DNA of 20,000 nucleotides from positions 53,003 through 73,002 of IMG/VR virus record IMGVR_UViG_3300042317_001647. The stretch is one strand, 5' to 3'. Both the position numbers and the translations under genes were made by a program. The DNA comes from an uncultured virus (IMG/VR IMGVR_UViG_3300042317_001647) (Duplodnaviria; Heunggongvirae; Uroviricota; Caudoviricetes). Below, one piece after another: positions 16,010-20,000 of this stretch. Below the pieces are notes generated by a model. That model did no database searches and was not told the DNA's origin. It worked only from the letters and a program-made list of their open reading frames with translations. Each line of letters opens with the position of its first letter. The first letter of the stretch is position 1.

Positions 16010-16336
16010 ATGGACGAAGAAACCCGAAAGAAATTTTTTACAAAAACTGAAGATACCGGTAGACATGTTGTTTATTCATATCGAACTGGTAAAACCTACT
16101 ATATTGAAGTTATCGGTGATAATCACACTAAATGGGGTGATCTTAATCCGAGTACTGGTAAATTAGAAGGTAGTTATGGTAGTAAATATCGTGGTTCTAT
16201 CGATTCTAATGATAGTTTGATTACAGAAACCAATGGATTTACTAATATCACGGAATTACAGCCTGGATACAGTCCATATGCTGAAATTGAACGCCGTGAT
16301 GCACAATATCCAGATAAAATAATTGACAACGTATAA
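16010..16336 (+). CDS. Hypothetical phage protein
   Basis: AAGGA RBS; TGRHVVYSYRTGKTYYIE...WGDLNP. Confidence 0.8.
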   Translation: MDEETRKKFFTKTEDTGRHVVYSYRTGKTYYIEVIGDNHTKWGDLNPSTGKLEGSYGSKYRGSIDSNDSLITETNGFTNITELQPGYSPYAEIERRDAQYPDKIIDNV

Positions 16337-16359
16337 AAATGCTGTATAATTAACAGCAT
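16323..16359 (+). promoter_or_regulatory. sigma70 promoter with palindrome over the -10 (copy 1)
   Basis: TTGACA-N16-TATAAT; ATGCTGT-N7-ACAGCAT. Confidence 0.75.
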
Positions 16360-16368
16360 AAACAGTTT

Positions 16369-16431
16369 TAGGATACATTCAGCAAACAATTTACACTGAA
16401 CTTTTAATTCAACTAGTAAAAACGTATCCTG
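16369..16431 (+). ncRNA. CAGCA-stem RNA B, Lys(TTT) anticodon mimic
   Basis: TAGGATAC/GTATCCTG, CAGCAA, TGAA-CTTTTAA-TTCA. Confidence 0.7.
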
Positions 16432-16497
16432 CTATAACAACATAGGAAATAATTATGAAACGAAAGACAAAAACAGAAAAAGAAGGCAAGAAAATTT

Positions 16498-16573
16498 GGG
16501 ATCGTAGTTCAATTGGTTAGAACACCGGACTTTTAATCCGGGAATTCGAGTTCGAGTCTCGGCGGTCCTACCA
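16498..16573 (+). tRNA. tRNA-Lys(TTT)
   Basis: GGGATCG/CGGTCCT, CCGGA-CTTTTAA-TCCGG, ACCA. Confidence 0.92.
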
Positions 16574-16577
16574 AATT

Positions 16578-16682
16578 ATATAATAAAGCATATTAGCGTC
16601 TGATCAGCGTTGTGTGGATCACAGTTTGAGCTCCGGGCTTGAATGAAGACGGTTCAATTCCGTGTAGTATGCTTTATTATAT
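16578..16682 (+). ncRNA. Long-stem cassette S4 with a T arm
   Basis: ATATAATAAAGCATATTA / TAGTATGCTTTATTATAT (18 bp); ACGG-TTCAATT-CCGT. Confidence 0.55.
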
Positions 16683-16688
16683 GATTTT

Positions 16689-16807
16689 ATATTAAAGTGC
16701 ATTAATCAGTCACCTTGACATCACTGGCCAGAAGGATGTTAAGCTTGAGGGCCGGAGACAGGAGGATGTGTAGCATTCGTGTTCCCTCGTTTAATGCACT
16801 TTACTAT
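16689..16807 (+). ncRNA. Long-stem cassette S5
   Basis: TAAAGTGCATTAA / TTAATGCACTTTA (13 bp, extendable); inner CTTGACATC/GATGTTAAG. Confidence 0.5.
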
Positions 16808-16814
16808 ATGATTA

Positions 16815-16933
16815 TATAATAAACCACACTATAAATGGTGGTAAGATACGTTCGATTCGTATTGAGGTACACTGGTGTGTTGAGTGCGACGGCAACCGAA
16901 GGTTCGAATCCTTCCGTAGTGTGGTTTATTATA
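16815..16933 (+). ncRNA. Long-stem cassette S6 with two T arms
   Basis: TATAATAAACCACACTA / TAGTGTGGTTTATTATA perfect 17 bp; ATACG-TTCGATT-CGTAT and GAAGG-TTCGAAT-CCTTC. Confidence 0.55.
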
Positions 16934-16951
16934 AAATTAGACTAATTAGGT

Positions 16952-17025
16952 GTGGCCGTGTCGGAATTGGTAGACGACCCTGATTGTGATTCAGAATTTT
17001 ATGGGTTCAAGTCCCATCGGTCACC
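16952..17025 (+). tRNA. tRNA-His(GTG), no encoded G-1 or CCA
   Basis: GTGGCCG/CGGTCAC-C, CCTGA-TTGTGAT-TCAGA, ATGGG-TTCAAGT-CCCAT. Confidence 0.85.
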
Positions 17026-17100
17026 CCTAATTAGTTTTGGTAACTACCCAGATGATTGATAACCTCAAATAATAAATACTCAGTAACATATAGGAAAACT

Positions 17101-17475
17101 ATGAGAGCTTATTTTTTAACAAACATGTACCTGAGTTCTATACAACACGGTATACAATCTTTGCATGCACTGCAAGAGATCAACAACAAATATGGTACAA
17201 CTAACGAACTATTGGTAGATTGGGCTGAAAACCACAAAACTGCAATTGTATTGAATGGTGGTACTAGTGAACAGATGGCAAACATTGTCAATTTGTTAAA
17301 CAATGAAACAAACGAATATCCATGGGCGATTTTTAATGAACCATCGATTGACAATGCATTGACTAGTATTGGTATTATTGTTCCTGATACAATTTATGGG
17401 CGTGAAAGGTCTGATTTTGGTACATTCGAATATGAATTATCACAATTACTGAGAAATCGTGGATTTGCGAGGTAA
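17101..17475 (+). CDS. Peptidyl-tRNA hydrolase type II (Pth2)-like phage protein
   Basis: AGGA RBS before ATG 17101; GIQSLHA, W...KTAIVLNGG, FNEP...ALTSIGI resemble the Pth2 fold pattern. Confidence 0.65.
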   Translation: MRAYFLTNMYLSSIQHGIQSLHALQEINNKYGTTNELLVDWAENHKTAIVLNGGTSEQMANIVNLLNNETNEYPWAIFNEPSIDNALTSIGIIVPDTIYGRERSDFGTFEYELSQLLRNRGFAR

Positions 17476-17477
17476 GT

Positions 17478-17642
17478 ATGGCAGGTAAAAGAACATCGGA
17501 TATCGTTAAAAGAAATCTTGACTATGTAGAACAAGATATGCTAAAATTACAGCAACAATTAAGCGAAGCAACGGAAAAATATGAGGCTATGAAAATAGCA
17601 TATCATCATGCATTAGCCTGTGAAAAAACTCCGTTTAAATAG
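17478..17642 (+). CDS. 54-aa coiled-coil hypothetical protein
   Basis: GAGG RBS; MAGKRTSDIVKRNLDYVEQDMLKLQQQLSEATEKYEAMKIAYHHALACEKTPFK, TAG stop. Confidence 0.6.
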   Translation: MAGKRTSDIVKRNLDYVEQDMLKLQQQLSEATEKYEAMKIAYHHALACEKTPFK

Positions 17643-17648
17643 AATTAT

Positions 17649-17725
<77 letters not shown>

Positions 17726-17853
17726 AACTCTAGAGCTGGGCAACCTTAATATCATTTGAAACACTATCTTCGGATGGGCGCAGTAATAAAAACGAGGCTG
17801 GTAGAGGTCTCCCGAGTATTGTATGATGTTAGATACTCAAAAAATATATAGAA

Positions 17854-17894
17854 ATCTGTCACTTATGTATAAATACATACAAGGAGTGACAGAT
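17854..17894 (+). promoter_or_regulatory. Start-sequestering hairpin with T4-type late promoter at its apex
   Basis: ATCTGTCACT / AGTGACAGAT stem covers the end of AAGGAG and the ATG; TATAAATA at 17868-17875. Confidence 0.85.
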
Positions 17895-18615
17895 GAACTA
17901 CTGCAAAATTTACAATTTGATTGTTCGTAACAGAATTATCAATCCAATTGATGGATATACCGAAACACATCACATAATACCAAGATCATTAGGCGGATCT
18001 AACGATTTAGATAATTTGGTTAAGTTATCTGCTAGAGAACATTATATTTGCCATTTATTATTGATGAAAATGTATAAATATGGCACAGTTGAATGGTGTA
18101 AAATGGTGAAAGCATTTTCATTTTTGTCGTATGGGCATAGTAATTATCATAACAGGTATGTTAATAGTAGATTTTATGAATTATTAAGAAGAAATTTTAG
18201 TTTAGCACAATCAGTGATGCAAACGGGTATTCGAAATTCACAATATGGTACTATGTGGATATGTAATTTAGAATTGAAGAAAAATAAAAAAATAAAAAAG
18301 ACAGATATAATCCCAGATGGGTGGATTAATGGAAAGGTTGTAAATTTTGATTCACACTATAAAAAACTACAAGAAAAAATAATAAAAAAACAAAATTTAG
18401 AACAAAAAACAAATGACAAAATAATAAGATTAAAAGAAATAATGTATTATTATAGAGATAACGATATCTCTATGCGAAATTTGACTAAAAAATTTAATGT
18501 AGGTCACAATATTTATAAATCATTTGAATTATATTTTAAAGATGAATATTATGAAATAGTTAAAACCAAAAGTGGGAATAGTAATACAACAAAAGGCAGA
18601 TATAAGCTCGATTAG
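17893..18615 (+). CDS. Free-standing HNH homing endonuclease
   Basis: ETHHIIPRSLGGSNDLDNLVKLSAREHYICHLLL; NSQYGTMWI motif; stop codon lies inside tRNA-Asp. Confidence 0.92.
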   Translation: MNYCKIYNLIVRNRIINPIDGYTETHHIIPRSLGGSNDLDNLVKLSAREHYICHLLLMKMYKYGTVEWCKMVKAFSFLSYGHSNYHNRYVNSRFYELLRRNFSLAQSVMQTGIRNSQYGTMWICNLELKKNKKIKKTDIIPDGWINGKVVNFDSHYKKLQEKIIKKQNLEQKTNDKIIRLKEIMYYYRDNDISMRNLTKKFNVGHNIYKSFELYFKDEYYEIVKTKSGNSNTTKGRYKLD

Positions 18616-18680
18616 TGTAATGGTTATCACGTTGGATTGTCGATCCAAAAATAGGAGTTCAATTCTCCTATCGAGCGCCA
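18606..18680 (+). tRNA. tRNA-Asp(GTC), second copy
   Basis: GCTCGAT/ATCGAGC, TTGGA-TTGTCGA-TCCAA, GCCA. Confidence 0.88.
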
Positions 18681-18685
18681 AATAT

Positions 18686-18779
18686 GGGTTGTAAATGGAT
18701 GAGCATTAGGGTTCGATTCCCTTTAAGTATGGTAATGAATAGCAATTGCAGCTCGGTAGTTCAAGTCTACCGCAACCCA
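18686..18779 (+). ncRNA. tRNA-like RNA with two T arms and no anticodon
   Basis: GGGTTGT/GCAACCC, GAGC/GCTC, AGGG-TTCGATT-CCCT and GGTAG-TTCAAGT-CTACC. Confidence 0.55.
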
Positions 18780-18789
18780 AATATTTTGA

Positions 18790-18864
18790 GCGGGTATAGC
18801 TCAGTGGTAGAGCTTCAAGTTGCCAACCTGAATGTCGTGAGTTCGAATCTCATTACCCGCTCCA
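18790..18864 (+). tRNA. tRNA-Gly(GCC)
   Basis: GCGGGTA/TACCCGC, TTGCCAA loop, TCCA. Confidence 0.92.
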
Positions 18865-18873
18865 AAATAAATA

Positions 18874-18910
18874 TTGACAATGAATAAAAATGCTGTATAA
18901 TACATAGCAT
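18874..18910 (+). promoter_or_regulatory. sigma70 promoter with palindrome over the -10 (copy 2)
   Basis: TTGACA-N16-TATAAT; ATGCTGT-N7-ATAGCAT; near duplicate of 16323-16359. Confidence 0.75.
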
Positions 18911-18919
18911 AAACAGTTT

Positions 18920-18983
18920 TAGGATACCTACAGCAACAATCATACATTTGACAGCTAATCAAACCCGTAAAATGTGTATCCTG
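18920..18983 (+). ncRNA. CAGCA-stem RNA C, Ser(GCT)-like anticodon mimic
   Basis: TAGGATAC/GTATCCTG, CAGCAA, TTTGA-CAGCTAA-TCAAA. Confidence 0.65.
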
Positions 18984-19022
18984 ACAGAATATTCGAGGCT
19001 AGTCACCAGCGAATAAGACCAA

Positions 19023-19141
19023 TAGGTTAGTTTCAGCAATTTTATTAAATCTTATTGTAAAAGAAAGTTCTGGGTTCGAATCCCAGCGTTAGGGTTGGTC
19101 ACTAATGTAGTTTAATTGGGAAAACTTAAAATGCTAACCTG
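19023..19141 (+). ncRNA. CAGCA-stem RNA D with a circularly permuted tRNA module (YrlA-like)
   Basis: TAGGTTAG/CTAACCTG, CAGCAA, then anticodon arm (TGT), T arm, looped acceptor stem and D arm, in that order. Confidence 0.7.
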
Positions 19142-19151
19142 TAATAACAAT

Positions 19152-19225
19152 TGGGATATGGTGTAGTGGTAACACAACTGGTTTTGATCCAGTCATCCAT
19201 GGTTCGAATCCGTGTATCCCTGCCA
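19152..19225 (+). tRNA. tRNA-Gln(TTG)
   Basis: TGGGATA/TATCCCT (1-72 mismatch), ACTGG-TTTTGAT-CCAGT, GCCA. Confidence 0.92.
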
Positions 19226-19253
19226 ATTTTTTAACTATTATCGGAATGATATA

Positions 19254-19667
19254 ATGCTAGTAATTGAACAAGAAGTAAAAAAACCTTACAACTTAATCCC
19301 TGAGTATCCTAGATACACTGGTACTGACCTTATTGAAGCGGTAACAGTTTCAGTCGGAAATTATAGAAACTATAAATCCGAAACATTAAGAAATACACCA
19401 CATCACTTAAAAACATTTGTTGAACAATACTTTGTTGATGCGGATAAACATTTCGAACGATTGATGGATGTTGTAATTCAAATTCCAAAATCATTCACTG
19501 CGGAAGTAACAGACTATAGTTCCATTAAACTGGTTCATAATGATGTTTCTTACTTCTTGAACTTGCGAGTTGATCTTGATTCCAAATCAATCGCTGAGTC
19601 AGAATTCGTTTTATCACTTGTAAAACGAACACGCTTTATGGAATCAGAAAAAGAACGATTATCTTAA
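19254..19667 (+). CDS. Hypothetical protein
   Basis: ORF track, with the start moved out of tRNA-Gln to MLVIEQEV. Confidence 0.7.
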   Translation: MLVIEQEVKKPYNLIPEYPRYTGTDLIEAVTVSVGNYRNYKSETLRNTPHHLKTFVEQYFVDADKHFERLMDVVIQIPKSFTAEVTDYSSIKLVHNDVSYFLNLRVDLDSKSIAESEFVLSLVKRTRFMESEKERLS

Positions 19668-19677
19668 CTGATTAATA

Positions 19678-19768
19678 AGGGTGATTACAGCACAAAAATG
19701 CCGAAGCCGATAAGCGGGTATCTTCTGGGAGTTCGAATCTCCCGGCTCCGAAACAATATATCATCCTG
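19678..19768 (+). ncRNA. CAGCA-stem RNA E with T arm and acceptor-like helix
   Basis: AGGGTGAT/ATCATCCT-G, CAGCA, CGAAGCCG/CGGCTCCG, GGGAG-TTCGAAT-CTCCC. Confidence 0.6.
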
Positions 19769-19793
19769 TGATTTTAATTAACAAAGGTGTAAA

Positions 19794-20000
19794 ATGAGAA
19801 AATTAAATATGTTATTCATGATTGGTGCTTTAGCATTGGTTACTGGATGTGCAACAAACACAGATATCGCCAAATTACAAGGTGAAATCGATGTAATTAC
19901 TACAAATCAAAAAACATTGAGTACTGGATTAGTAGATACTAATCGCGCTCTATCAACTGTTAGTTCAAAAGTTGATAATGCAGTAAAAGCAGCAGAACGA
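19794..20000 (+). CDS. Lpp/OprI-like outer-membrane lipoprotein (3' truncated by window)
   Basis: MRKLNMLFMIGALALVTG-C lipobox followed by coiled coil ...SKVDNAVKAAER; AAGG RBS. Confidence 0.75.
   Translation, partial: MRKLNMLFMIGALALVTGCATNTDIAKLQGEIDVITTNQKTLSTGLVDTNRALSTVSSKVDNAVKAAER

Overview
AT-rich segment of a large (jumbo/T4-like) bacteriophage genome, probably infecting a Gram-negative proteobacterium (inference from sigma70 promoters, TATAAATA late-type boxes and an Lpp/OprI-like lipoprotein). Left part: a RimK-like ligase, a CHASE2 adenylate cyclase, late-type membrane protein genes and an HNH/NUMOD3 endonuclease. Middle: a circularly permuted two-piece tmRNA, a tellurite/stress (TelA-vWA-DUF475-TerD) cluster, an amber-suppressor tRNA, a ~530-nt structured non-coding block, a protein kinase-like gene and a P-loop kinase. 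Right part: a tRNA array (Tyr, Pro, Glu, Asp x2, Phe, Val, Lys, His, Ile, Gly, Gln) mixed with a phosphatase, a Pth2-like gene and a second HNH gene. The most striking unexplained signal is a dense set of tRNA-mimic RNAs in and around the array. (i) Five dispersed RNAs share an AGG-N7-CAGCA...CCTG covarying stem and carry isolated anticodon stem-loops or permuted tRNA modules. (ii) Seven cassettes are closed by 13-19 bp stems of similar sequence, one being the tmRNA intervening segment. (iii) A terminator/antiterminator attenuator upstream of the array has a 45-aa leader containing all 20 amino acids. Together these suggest a phage system that senses, supplements and protects translation. All structures were folded by eye; no database searches were run.
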